Source: Candidatus Kerfeldbacteria bacterium (GTDB lineage: Bacteria > Patescibacteriota > Patescibacteriia > SBBC01 > CAIJZX01). Taken from it: 64,000 nucleotides of DNA. The translations under genes were made by a program, and so were the position numbers. Positions 39,511 through 48,617 of this stretch are shown here, in pieces. The DNA lies in the NCBI GenBank assembly GCA_016193315.1, contig JACPSJ010000001.1:21935-85934 (forward strand), in the 5' to 3' direction. The notes under the pieces were generated by a model. It was given only the letters and a program-made list of their open reading frames with translations. It was not told the DNA's origin and made no database searches. The stretch's first letter is position 1. Every line of letters starts with the position of its first letter.

Positions 39511-39575
39511 TGCAAAGAATCTCTTTGCAGTCCGTCCTGAACAGGGGCGGTTGTTTCATGCACATTGACAATTGA

Positions 39576-39683
39576 ATAACATCAAGAGCGAGTGCTAGGG
39601 TCCTGGCCCAGTGATCACTCCCCCAACCAATTCCGCTATCCAGCGGAAGAACGGTGGGACTTCCAGCCTGAAATGGACAGATG
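39576..39683 (+). promoter_or_regulatory. SAM-I (S-box) riboswitch (downstream copy)
   Basis: aacATCAAGAGcGAGtGCTAGGGtCCTGGCCCAgTGAtCACtCcCCCAACC..TTCCGC..GCGGAA..GGTGGGActTCCAGCC..GGacAGATGtt; P1 aacatc/gatgtt, P3 ttccgc/gcggaa; 68 nt upstream of the ATG at 39752. Confidence 0.6.
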
Positions 39684-39751
39684 TTGTATTCGAACTGCAG
39701 CCGCCTTTTCGGGCGGTTGTTTTGTCCTGCTGGCACCAAAAGGAGCAAACT

Positions 39752-40579
39752 ATGCCATCGAAAGTAGAGAAGCAAGACCGCCACGCGAAAGAAGTATCGG
39801 CCATCGTGGCTGGGGCGCGTGAAGAGCTGGAACGCGCCAGCCAAACGCTCCAGCGCATGGTCGAGTTCGTTCACCAGCCGTTGTTCCTCCAATTCCGCAA
39901 CCGGGCCGCCCAGATGATCGCCACCGCTCACCCTAAACTGGTGACGGCCATGCAGATCATCGAAGCGGCAGTCGAACAGGTGCAGGTGACCGGCAAGCTG
40001 GCGCCGCACAATCCGTGGCCCGGGCCGTGGCCGGAAACGTGGGACTGCCTACGCTTGCCGACCGGCGCGGTCGACTACGCGAACATCGTGTGCGCCAACT
40101 ACCTGACCCGGCTTGAGGGCGACCTCGAGTATCACGAGGAAGGCTGGATGTACGCACTGCTGCCCTGCCTGCAATTCGCTCACGATCGGTTGGTTGCCGT
40201 TCGCGGAGAATTCCTCAGCCAGTTCGGCGAACCGTTTGATCGGGCGGCCGTGGATAGGCAGTACGACCGAGTCCCCCGGGTTCGCTTCGAGCACGTAGCC
40301 GACGTGCTGCGGGAGTGCGATGAGCGATCCCAGGGGCAGGCGCTCAGGGACTGGCTCAAGCGCCATGCCAACACGGATGTCACGCTAGCCGGCGGCCACG
40401 GCGTCCGGTTCATGCTTTGGGACCAGGGCGAAGAAATTATTCCCATGTATTACCTGGACCACGAGAAGCGGCCTGGTCGGAGCGATTGGAAGCATTGGCG
40501 GGACGCGATCAAACTGGTCATTGCCCGCCGGTCTCCGGCGCGACCGGACAATCCACAGTCGTGGCAGGAATTCTTCTGA
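39752..40579 (+). CDS. hypothetical protein (276 aa) downstream of the SAM riboswitches
   Basis: AAAGGAG 6 nt upstream of the ATG at 39752; no recognisable motif (Trp/His-rich). Confidence 0.5.
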   Translation: MPSKVEKQDRHAKEVSAIVAGAREELERASQTLQRMVEFVHQPLFLQFRNRAAQMIATAHPKLVTAMQIIEAAVEQVQVTGKLAPHNPWPGPWPETWDCLRLPTGAVDYANIVCANYLTRLEGDLEYHEEGWMYALLPCLQFAHDRLVAVRGEFLSQFGEPFDRAAVDRQYDRVPRVRFEHVADVLRECDERSQGQALRDWLKRHANTDVTLAGGHGVRFMLWDQGEEIIPMYYLDHEKRPGRSDWKHWRDAIKLVIARRSPARPDNPQSWQEFF

Positions 40580-40963
40580 AAGGAGGTGAACCAATGACCA
40601 CTCGTGCGCAGCGGCAAAAACTCCGCAATCGACTTGAGGATGTCCTGGAAATTCGCCAGGAGGTCCGGCGCTGTCTCCGTTGCCGGGGGAGGGTTATCTC
40701 CCTTATCAGGAGGCGAGAGCGCTGCTTGGCGACGAGCTAGGCAAAATCGGTTGGGGCTGGCTCGATCTCCTCCACCTCCGTCGTGAACTTCAGACTGAGC
40801 GACGGTTGTGGATGGAGTGCCAGGGGACCAGCGACCCTCGCTGGATTGCCTGGCAGAACGGGGAATCCTTCTCTGCCCCGATGGGCGTGGAGGTGTAGTT
40901 CCTGTTCAACCCGCCGCCCCGAGCGAAGTCGAGGGGCGGCGGCGCGCCAATCAAGGAGCCATC

Positions 40964-41428
40964 ATGAACCAGAGCACAGACGAATTCAAAGTCTTCCGTT
41001 TGGAGAAGTTCATTCCCACCCATTGCCCGAAGTGCGCCCATCCGTTCCGATCGAACGCGGATCGCGACTTCCTGTTCGACCACCGCCTCCTGCATCCGCA
41101 GGAAACGCCGGCCGAGTGGCTAGCCGTGTTTCCGGAAGCGGCTGCGACCGAGGGGCTGCACGCCGAGCCGATCTGGTGCGGCCGATGCCAGAACATCACC
41201 TTGCGCGTCGTGACCGCCGTTCGACATGTGACCACCGAGGCGGAGGCGGTCGAGCTCGAATCCCTCGGTTACGCCAACCGGCGGGTGCTCGAGTGCTCCG
41301 GGGAAAGTTTCTCGCAGCTACCGGAGTACACGTTAGCCGTTCTGGTAGATCCAGAAACAGAGCGCGGCCCGATTACGTTCTTTCCGAAGGCCATGCATCG
41401 ACCTGGCCCACCCCGCCCCTCACAGTGA
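40964..41428 (+). CDS. hypothetical zinc-ribbon protein (154 aa)
   Basis: AAGGAG plus ATG at 40964; CPKC...CGRC; followed by a hairpin and T-run. Confidence 0.45.
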   Translation: MNQSTDEFKVFRLEKFIPTHCPKCAHPFRSNADRDFLFDHRLLHPQETPAEWLAVFPEAAATEGLHAEPIWCGRCQNITLRVVTAVRHVTTEAEAVELESLGYANRRVLECSGESFSQLPEYTLAVLVDPETERGPITFFPKAMHRPGPPRPSQ

Positions 41429-41550
41429 GGCGGGTTTTGTTTTGGCCGACGCTCAGCTCCGGAGATCAGCGTTGACACCTCTACACGCTGTCTGTTACAG
41501 TAGCTTCCCCTTGCAATATCTCGGATGGGTTGACCGTCCGTGAGGAGGAT

Positions 41551-41769
41551 ACGGTGGAAAAGCGAACCTTGATCGTCGTCAAGCCGCGGCCATGTCCACA
41601 CTGCAAGGCGCCGGCCGGGTATGGCGACACCGACTACCGGTGTCCAAGTTGCGGCCAAGGATTCTGCAGCCTGTGTTACAAGACGGATCCTGACGGGCCG
41701 GGAGATTACGTCTTCTGTCCCAGCTGCAAAGCCACGCTGTACTTTCCGATAACGCTCCTGACCGCTTAG
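41551..41769 (+). CDS. small double zinc-ribbon protein (~72 aa)
   Basis: Four CxxC motifs (CPHC, CPSC, CSLC, CPSC); GAGGAGG before the GTG at 41551 (the ORF could also start at 41530). Confidence 0.45.
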   Translation, partial: TVEKRTLIVVKPRPCPHCKAPAGYGDTDYRCPSCGQGFCSLCYKTDPDGPGDYVFCPSCKATLYFPITLLTA

Positions 41770-41770
41770 C

Positions 41771-41800
41771 CGCTCCTCGTCGAGCGGTTTTTTGTATGGC
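41771..41800 (+). terminator. intrinsic terminator
   Basis: ccgctcctcgtcgagcgg followed by ttttttgt. Confidence 0.5.
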
Positions 41801-41820
41801 TGGAATGGGCGCGGCGGCGC

Positions 41821-42027
41821 CTAAACTAATTCCACCGGGTAACCCTCCGAGTCGAGCGCGGTCTTGAGAGCCGCCGATTGGACGCTGTCGTCATGCTCAA
41901 CCGTCAACGTTTTCTGCCGGACATTGACTTCAGCCTTTTTCACTCCCGGCGTATCTTCGCAGATGCCTTCCATCACCAAAGCGCAGGAGGCGCAGTCGTA
42001 CTTGAGAACCTTGAATGTCGTCGTCAT
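41821..42027 (-). CDS. copZ: heavy-metal-associated (HMA) copper chaperone, CopZ-like
   Basis: MTTTFKVLKYDCASCALVMEGICEDTPGVKKAEVNV, a ferredoxin-like HMA fold with a CxxC metal site; the start overlaps the upstream stop (TAATG). Confidence 0.7.
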   Translation of the reverse strand: MTTTFKVLKYDCASCALVMEGICEDTPGVKKAEVNVRQKTLTVEHDDSVQSAALKTALDSEGYPVELV

Positions 42028-43025
42028 TAGACCGCCTGGATCGTCCCGCGGAACATGCCCATGCCGCAACTAAACGTATACTCGCCCGGCGCGGGGAAGA
42101 TCGCACTTACCAGCGTGGTACCGGTTCGCGGCAGGGATCGTTCAATCTGGAGCTTCGGGATGCGAAAGAGCTGGGTGCAGCCGGCGTTGTTGTTCGTTAC
42201 CAAACTCAACTCGACAGGTTGGCCGGCTGGGACAGTAACGATGTTCGGTTCGTAGCCATTGTTAAGAACATTGATAGTTAGACTAGTTTCCCCGGCAGTC
42301 GAAGTCTGAGTGGTGCCGTAGGCCAAGGCTCGGAAGGCGGCGATTTCGTTTTGAATGGAGTAAGGCGAATCGACCATCACCAGCACGCCGTTGAGCGTGT
42401 AGAGTCCTAACGCCACCACCACCGCGGCGGCGGCATAGGCCAACCGCCGTTGCAACAATGCTGTGCCCTTAGCCAGAATCCCGACGGTAAAGAACAACGG
42501 CGCCGTCCCCAGGACAAAAGCGAGCATCACGCTCGCGCCTTGCCAAGGGCTGGCCGTGGCGATGGCCGCCACCTCCATCGCCTGCGTCGTCCCGCAGGGG
42601 ATGAGCACCGTCAGCAGACCGAGGATGGCGGGCGCGATCAGGAGTTGACTCTTGGCGCTCCGCCGAATCAGACGGCGGGCCGAGGCCGGCGGATGAATGG
42701 TTAACCATGGTAACCAGTGGGGGAAGATCAATCGAACGCCGGCTACCAACATAAACAAACCGGCTAACGTCTGCAGCCAAATACGAACGGTGGTGGTCAA
42801 TTGGATGGTATCGCCGAGCCAGCCGAGGCCGAATCCAAGGACCGTATGGATAATCAGCTTGGCCACCAGGAAAGCGGTTACCGGCAAGATCAACAGTTGC
42901 CATCGCTGCAGGTGGGGTTCCTCTCGGCGGCGGGCCAAAAGTCCGAGTAGCAGCCCGCCCTGGACGGCCAGGCAGGTCAGGCCCCCGGTACTGAGGCCAG
43001 TCAAGAAAGCAGTCAGCGGCGTCAT
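42027..43025 (-). CDS. membrane protein: CcdA/DsbD-like six-TM core fused to a C-terminal cupredoxin-like domain
   Basis: TM1 FLTGLSTGGLTCLAV and TM4 LIPCGTTQ resemble the two Cys-containing helices of CcdA/DsbD. The C-terminal ~90 aa ends in GEYTFSCGMGMFRGTIQAV, a Cupredoxin_1-like motif. Confidence 0.6.
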   Translation of the reverse strand: MTPLTAFLTGLSTGGLTCLAVQGGLLLGLLARRREEPHLQRWQLLILPVTAFLVAKLIIHTVLGFGLGWLGDTIQLTTTVRIWLQTLAGLFMLVAGVRLIFPHWLPWLTIHPPASARRLIRRSAKSQLLIAPAILGLLTVLIPCGTTQAMEVAAIATASPWQGASVMLAFVLGTAPLFFTVGILAKGTALLQRRLAYAAAAVVVALGLYTLNGVLVMVDSPYSIQNEIAAFRALAYGTTQTSTAGETSLTINVLNNGYEPNIVTVPAGQPVELSLVTNNNAGCTQLFRIPKLQIERSLPRTGTTLVSAIFPAPGEYTFSCGMGMFRGTIQAV

Positions 43026-43277
43026 GGTCTTTCTACTACATACTGTAGTACCTTGGGCCGAGTGTCAACCCCGCACCACTTTTTGGTATTCTCACGGCCG
43101 CGGATGCCGCCGACGTCGAAGCCGCCTCTCATTGTATACCAAGAGGCGAATCTGATTGGCGGAAAAGTGGTGCGGGGTGCCCGGCCCCCGGGGCCAGCGC
43201 TATGGCCGGACCGAAAAGCGCTTGTCAAATGGGGTAACCTTGGCTATACTTCGCCTGCTTCGTTTGGTCGACCAGCT

Positions 43278-45143
43278 ATGGCTAAGACTCCCAGCGTCAG
43301 CCCATTGTTCAAGAAGATCCTCGGTTTCTTCGTCTCTTTAATTGTCCTCAGCTTAATCCTGAGCTCGTTCTCCTTGCCCGAGTCGAGAGCCAAGGCCGTC
43401 ACCCTCGGCTTCGTGGTCGAGCAGATCAAAGCCGGCAAGGTGAAGGTGGTCGACATCAACGGCGACCGTCTCGAGGTCACACTCAAGGATGGGACAAAAC
43501 TTATCTCCCGGAAGGAACCAACGGTCGACTGGACCACCGCCGCGACCAATCTGGGCGTTAAGCCAGAGCAGTTGATCGCCGTCACCGGCACGGTCCGTGA
43601 CAACACCACGGCCGCGTTCTGGCTCAATACCTTGCTGCCCATTTTAGTACCAATTCTGTTCGTCGGTGGTTTTATCTGGTTGACGTACCGACAGGTCCAA
43701 GGCCAAAACACCCGAGCCTTGTCCTTTGGTCAGGTGCCGACGAAAGAACCAGAGACAGCGAAGAAGAAACGGATCACTTTTCGTGATGTGGCTGGCGCGG
43801 CGGAGGCAAAGGAAGAGCTCCAGGAGATCGTCGAATTCCTCAAGAACCCCAAACGTTTCACCGACCTCGGGGCGCGAATCCCTAAAGGCGCTCTCCTCGT
43901 TGGCCCACCGGGGACCGGCAAAACCCTGCTGGCAAAGGCGGTGGCTGGCGAGGCCGATGTCCCGTTCTTCAACATCTCCGGTTCAGAATTCGTGGAGATG
44001 TTCGTTGGGGTTGGCGCGTCGAGGGTGCGTGACCTGTTTCGCCGGGCCAAGAAAACCGCGCCGAGTATCGTCTTCATCGATGAAATTGATGCCGTCGGGC
44101 GGCAGCGCGGCGCCGGTTTAGGCGGCGGTCACGACGAACGGGAACAGACGTTGAATCAGATCTTGGTCGAGATGGATGGTTTTGATACCGATACGCACGT
44201 CATCGTCGTCGCGGCCACCAATCGACCAGACACGCTTGATCCAGCTCTGCTCCGGCCGGGGCGATTCGACCGGCGCATCACCATCGACCTGCCAGACATC
44301 AACGAACGGGAAGCGATCCTCAAAGTCCACGCCCAGCAAAAACCGCTCGGCCCGGATGTTAACTTGCGGCGCTTGGGGGAACGGACGGCTGGGTTCTCCG
44401 GTGCTGATCTCGAGAACATGCTGAATGAAGCGGCCATCATCGCTGCCCGACAGCATCGAACCCTGATCACCTTCCTCGACTGCGTCAACGCCATGGAAAA
44501 AGTCCTGCTCGGTCCGGAGCGAAAGTCGAAGGTCATGAGCGAGGAAGAAAAGAAAATCACCGCCTACCACGAAGCCGGACATGCGGTGGTGGCGCATTTC
44601 CTGCCACACACTGACCCGGTTCAGAAAGTCTCGATCATTGCCCGTGGTCGGGCCGGCGGCTTCACCCTCAAGACGCCCGAGCAGGACCGCAGCTACCGCC
44701 GGTACCGCGAGTTCATGTCCGAGTTATCGGTCATGCTAGCTGGTCAATTGGCCGAGCAACTTGTCTTTAATGAAATCTCCACCGGCGCCGCCAACGACCT
44801 GCAAAGCGCGACGCGCCTGGTCCGCCAACTGATCACCCGTTTCGGGATGAGCAAGCTGGGACCGCGGACGTTCGGCGAGCGCGAGGAACTCATCTTTCTC
44901 GGTCGAGAGATCCACGAGCAGCGTGACTATTCGGAAAAAGTGGCGCAAGAGATCGACCGCGAGATTGATCGTCTCCTCGGCCAGGCCCGGCTGGTGGCGG
45001 AACGGATCCTCCGCGATCACCGGTCCGATCTGGACAAGGTGGCCGGAGAATTGCTGGTCAAGGAGACTATTGAACGGGAGGATTTTGAAAAGTTGCTCGG
45101 CCCGAAGCCGACGCCGACCAAGGTCGCGACCGCTCGCACATAG
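43278..45143 (+). CDS. ftsH: ATP-dependent zinc metalloprotease FtsH
   Basis: TM anchor, AAA Walker [19 protein letters not shown], second region of homology, Zn-binding HEAGHAVV. Confidence 0.9.
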   Translation: MAKTPSVSPLFKKILGFFVSLIVLSLILSSFSLPESRAKAVTLGFVVEQIKAGKVKVVDINGDRLEVTLKDGTKLISRKEPTVDWTTAATNLGVKPEQLIAVTGTVRDNTTAAFWLNTLLPILVPILFVGGFIWLTYRQVQGQNTRALSFGQVPTKEPETAKKKRITFRDVAGAAEAKEELQEIVEFLKNPKRFTDLGARIPKGALLVGPPGTGKTLLAKAVAGEADVPFFNISGSEFVEMFVGVGASRVRDLFRRAKKTAPSIVFIDEIDAVGRQRGAGLGGGHDEREQTLNQILVEMDGFDTDTHVIVVAATNRPDTLDPALLRPGRFDRRITIDLPDINEREAILKVHAQQKPLGPDVNLRRLGERTAGFSGADLENMLNEAAIIAARQHRTLITFLDCVNAMEKVLLGPERKSKVMSEEEKKITAYHEAGHAVVAHFLPHTDPVQKVSIIARGRAGGFTLKTPEQDRSYRRYREFMSELSVMLAGQLAEQLVFNEISTGAANDLQSATRLVRQLITRFGMSKLGPRTFGEREELIFLGREIHEQRDYSEKVAQEIDREIDRLLGQARLVAERILRDHRSDLDKVAGELLVKETIEREDFEKLLGPKPTPTKVATART

Positions 45144-45189
45144 ACACGACCGCTGATTCCTGCTATAGTTAGGAGGGAAAAACAAAGCC

Positions 45190-46152
45190 ATGCCGTACTT
45201 CTACCGTCGCGAGGTGTTCCAGCAAGCGCTGGATATCATCTGGCGAAAAAAATACCTCTGGTTTCTCGGTTTCTTTGCTGGCCTGGCCGCCCATGGCGGC
45301 GAACCGGATTTGTTGTTCCGCAACACGAATTCACTCCGCTGGCTTCAGGATAGCGTCGCTATTCTCCGCGATGTCGTCCGCGGCGGTCAAGCCGATCAAT
45401 TCCTGGCTAACCTCCGGCTCTTCTTCAACAACTACACGCTCAACGCGGTGGGATACCTGGCCGTTCTGATCCTGATCTTAGTCGTTATCTTGTGGCTGGT
45501 GATCGTTTCCCAATCAGCCATCGTCCGGGTGGTCGGTCGGGCCAGCCAAAAGAAGCAGACTAGTCTATTTGACGGGTTGGCTACGGGGACGGAAAAATTC
45601 TGGTCGCTACTGACCGTCAACGTGGTAACTAAACTGTTCACGTGGGCACTCTGGATCATTGTGGCCGGCATCCCAGCCATCGCTTTTTTTGTTACTGGCC
45701 AGGCCGCCTGGGCCATAACATTCAGTCTTGGCTCGCTCTTGGTCACCCTCCCGATCAGCATCGTCGTCTCCTTCCTGACCAAGTATGCCATCGCCGCCAT
45801 TACGCTTGGCGGAACGGACACCATTGGCGGCCTGCGGCAGGCCTGGAAGATATTCCGCGACAATTGGTTGGTCAGTATTGAGCTGGCCGTGCTCATCTAT
45901 CTGTTCAACTTGGCCGTCGTTTTGGTCGTGGCTGGGGTAACGCTGCTGGTAGTGCAAACAGTCACCTCATTCCGCGAGTTCTTCACGCTCTTAACGGTCC
46001 TCGCCATCGTTCACAGTTTTGTCAGCGCCTTCAGCTATGCGGCTTGGACTACGGTCTATCAAAAGTTACTGATTAGCAAAGGCGAAAGCCAGCTCGGCTA
46101 CTGGACCACGAAGCTGACCAATTTCATCCAACCGAAGCGATCACTAGGATAG
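45190..46152 (+). CDS. hypothetical polytopic membrane protein
   Basis: ~6 TM helices; AGGAGGG RBS. Confidence 0.5.
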   Translation: MPYFYRREVFQQALDIIWRKKYLWFLGFFAGLAAHGGEPDLLFRNTNSLRWLQDSVAILRDVVRGGQADQFLANLRLFFNNYTLNAVGYLAVLILILVVILWLVIVSQSAIVRVVGRASQKKQTSLFDGLATGTEKFWSLLTVNVVTKLFTWALWIIVAGIPAIAFFVTGQAAWAITFSLGSLLVTLPISIVVSFLTKYAIAAITLGGTDTIGGLRQAWKIFRDNWLVSIELAVLIYLFNLAVVLVVAGVTLLVVQTVTSFREFFTLLTVLAIVHSFVSAFSYAAWTTVYQKLLISKGESQLGYWTTKLTNFIQPKRSLG

Positions 46153-46168
46153 GGTTGTCGCGATGATA

Positions 46169-46198
46169 GAACGGTGGTAGAGTGAGACCGTTGTTTTT
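46169..46198 (+). terminator. intrinsic terminator
   Basis: gaacggtggtagagtgagaccgttgttttt. Confidence 0.5.
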
Positions 46199-46315
46199 CC
46201 AATCCTGATGCCCGTGCCCACCGCGCGCCGCTTGCCTGGTCGGTCCTTAGCTCCTCGTAAAGACCGGCGAAGCCGGTCCACGGGGCAGGCAATGTACGTA
46301 CGGTCCCGCCCCGGT

Positions 46316-46387
46316 TCGGTCCCTAGCTCAATGGTAGAGCACTCGTCTTATACACGAGCGGTTGCAGGTTCGAGTCCTGCGGGACCG
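46316..46387 (+). tRNA. tRNA with anticodon TAT (would read AUA; Ile-like), no encoded CCA
   Basis: Cloverleaf: acceptor CGGTCCC/GGGACCG, D-arm GCTC..GAGC, anticodon stem CTCGT/ACGAG, loop CTTATAC, T-arm GCAGG TTCGAGT CCTGC. Confidence 0.6.
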
Positions 46388-46548
46388 AGTTTGGGCGGGA
46401 CAGGTACACGAGCGGTCGCGGGACTGCCCCGAAAACGAGGAACTACGTGACAAGTTGTACGGGACTCGAATCCTGGCGGGCCGACCATGGAAAGGGTGTA
46501 TCGCCTCAGCGCTTAAGGCACCCGGTGTGAAAGATTCAACCGAAAACT

Positions 46549-47574
46549 ATGAAAGCAGTTTTCTTTGAGCGGCCTGGCGGGCTGGAAGTTCTTCGGTACG
46601 GAGATTTCGATGATCCGATTCCGAATGAAGGCGAAGCTTTGGTTCGAGTCAAAGCTGGTGGCCTGAATCGACTGGATATTTGGCTGCGCGAAGACCGGGA
46701 CAACATTCGGAACATACCGATGCCTCACATCCCCGGGTCAGATGTATCGGGCACGGTGGAGAAGATCGTAGGTCAGGCGGGTTTCCGAATCGGTCAGGAC
46801 GTGGTGCTGAATCCGGCCATTCCGTGCGGCCTCTGTCCGCGTTGCAAAAAAGGACAGCCGTGCGAGCTGGTGAAGATATTCGGCGTCAAGAATCAAGGTG
46901 GGTACGCTGAGTACGTGGTAGCACCAATCGCGCAGCTGTATCCAAAACCGCCCCACCTTTCTTTCATCGAAGCTGCGGCATTTCCCCTGACGATGCTGAC
47001 CGCTTGGCACATGCTGGCCGGTCGGGCTCACGTGCAGCCGGGTGAAACGGTCTTTATCTGGGGCGCCTCCGGTGGCCTAGGATCGGCGGCCATTCCTGTA
47101 GCTAGATATCTGGGGGCCAGGATTATCGCCGCGGCCAAGTCTGAAGAACAGGCCCGCCGCATCCGTGAGTTGGGCGTGGATGAAACCGTGGTCTATACGA
47201 GGGATGACGTTGATCAAAAAGTAAAGAGTCTGACACATGGCCAAGGAGTCGATGTCGTCTTTGAAAGTGTCGGTCAGAAGACTTGGCCGACAACGCTGGC
47301 CATGCTTAGACCGTTCGGCCGCGTGGTGATTGCCGGCACCACCACTGGTGACGTGGGGACGCAAGATTTGAGTGATTTGTACGTTCGCCAACTGTCTATG
47401 CTAGGCGCCAGGATGGGCACCAAAGAAGAATTCGAAACGGTCTTGAGATTAATCGCCAGCGGTCACTTGAAACCGATTATTGATCGGACCTTCCCACTCA
47501 GCCAAGCGGCTGAAGCCCAACGAAGGATGGTAGACGGAAAACACATAGGGAAGATCGTTCTAGAAATTCCGTAA
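46549..47574 (+). CDS. zinc-type alcohol dehydrogenase / quinone oxidoreductase (MDR family)
   Basis: GroES-like N-terminus, Rossmann motif FIWGASGGLGSAAI. Confidence 0.85.
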   Translation: MKAVFFERPGGLEVLRYGDFDDPIPNEGEALVRVKAGGLNRLDIWLREDRDNIRNIPMPHIPGSDVSGTVEKIVGQAGFRIGQDVVLNPAIPCGLCPRCKKGQPCELVKIFGVKNQGGYAEYVVAPIAQLYPKPPHLSFIEAAAFPLTMLTAWHMLAGRAHVQPGETVFIWGASGGLGSAAIPVARYLGARIIAAAKSEEQARRIRELGVDETVVYTRDDVDQKVKSLTHGQGVDVVFESVGQKTWPTTLAMLRPFGRVVIAGTTTGDVGTQDLSDLYVRQLSMLGARMGTKEEFETVLRLIASGHLKPIIDRTFPLSQAAEAQRRMVDGKHIGKIVLEIP

Positions 47575-47686
47575 GTCAGGTCTGGCGGGACGCCGGTGAC
47601 CTCGATCCACGTGATTCGGGGCGAAAAGCCTAGCTCGCCTGCCAAGGTCGCTGACAGTGTGATAAACTATAACGAGATCAATTATC

Positions 47687-47938
47687 ATGACCCTGCCGGT
47701 GACGACCAAAACCAAGGTTACCTCGACACTCACCCCGGTCATCATTCTGACGACCGCGGGCAGCCTGCTGGAGCTCCAGACAGTTGGGGTGGCGATGTTG
47801 ATGGCTGTGTCAGCGTTGTTTATTCTCCTGCTGGCGCCGGCACCATCACTGTTCGGCTTGATCTGGCTCTTCAGCGCCGTGCTGATGGTCATCCGCGCGG
47901 CCCAGGGTTTCTTCGCCTGGCAGGCTGGGCTACGCTGA
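47687..47938 (+). CDS. small hydrophobic protein (2 TM)
   Basis: ORF only. Confidence 0.35.
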   Translation: MTLPVTTKTKVTSTLTPVIILTTAGSLLELQTVGVAMLMAVSALFILLLAPAPSLFGLIWLFSAVLMVIRAAQGFFAWQAGLR

Positions 47939-48032
47939 CATTGACGTCCCTGTAACTCGCCGCGACGAATAGAATAGCAGGTTTCACTGCACTGTCGAAT
48001 ACCACTTGAGCCGCCCAAAGGAGGTGGGGTTG

Positions 48033-48290
48033 ATGCCGCTACAGCTCCTTGAGACGTCAGGTCGCGAGGCCGGAGTGCTGATGCCCGACGATGAAGCCTT
48101 CACGCAACTAGGCGTGATGATCAGGCGACGGACTCGTTGGGTCCTGACCAGCTACGCACCGCAACGGGTCAGAGTCGGTGGTCAGCCGGCACCAATCGGC
48201 GTGGCGCGCGGCCTGCGGTCGCAAGACCTGGTCATCATTGGCGATCTGCCGTTCCGGTTTCGTCCGGTCAAGCCGGGCTCAAGACATTAA
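48033..48290 (+). CDS. hypothetical small protein
   Basis: AAGGAGG before the ATG at 48033. Confidence 0.35.
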   Translation: MPLQLLETSGREAGVLMPDDEAFTQLGVMIRRRTRWVLTSYAPQRVRVGGQPAPIGVARGLRSQDLVIIGDLPFRFRPVKPGSRH

Positions 48291-48504
48291 TCTTAGCCCG
48301 GTATTTCTTACTTGAACTATTGGGGTCGGCGTGCTACCCTCCATCGCGCGAGTTTCCTGTACTTTCTGGTTTACGAGTTCGTAGCTCTCGCCCGCTAGCG
48401 CCTTCGGCGCAAGCCGTGGCGAGCGGGCAGCCCGGTTAGACCCGCCCGCCGGCTTCGCCCGATTCTGTCAAATTATCGTCTTGGTTTAAAGAAAAGCTGC
48501 TGTT

Positions 48505-48581
48505 GGGTTCGTAGCTCAGTTGGTTAGAGCGCCACATTGACATTGTGGAGGTCAGAGGTTCAAATCCTCTCGGACCCACCA
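48505..48581 (+). tRNA. tRNA-Val (GAC), CCA encoded
   Basis: Cloverleaf GGGTTCG..anticodon loop TTGACAT..TTCAAAT..CGGACCCACCA. Confidence 0.85.
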
Positions 48582-48617
48582 AGAGCTTTTCTTACGCCGG
48601 CGAAGCGGGCCGGGGCG

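Noticed and set aside
39611-39751. Upstream 47-codon extension of the 39752 gene (track ORF start 39611)
   Set aside because: The extension lies inside the SAM riboswitch aptamer; the ATG at 39752 has a good AAAGGAG RBS
40783-41475. 230-aa plus-strand ORF overlapping the 40964 zinc-ribbon gene in another frame
   Set aside because: Arg/Pro-rich, no start context, overlaps a gene with RBS and terminator
46397-46500. A second complete tRNA immediately downstream of the TAT tRNA
   Set aside because: Acceptor and T stems cannot be paired in either strand; treated as a degenerate duplicate rather than a gene
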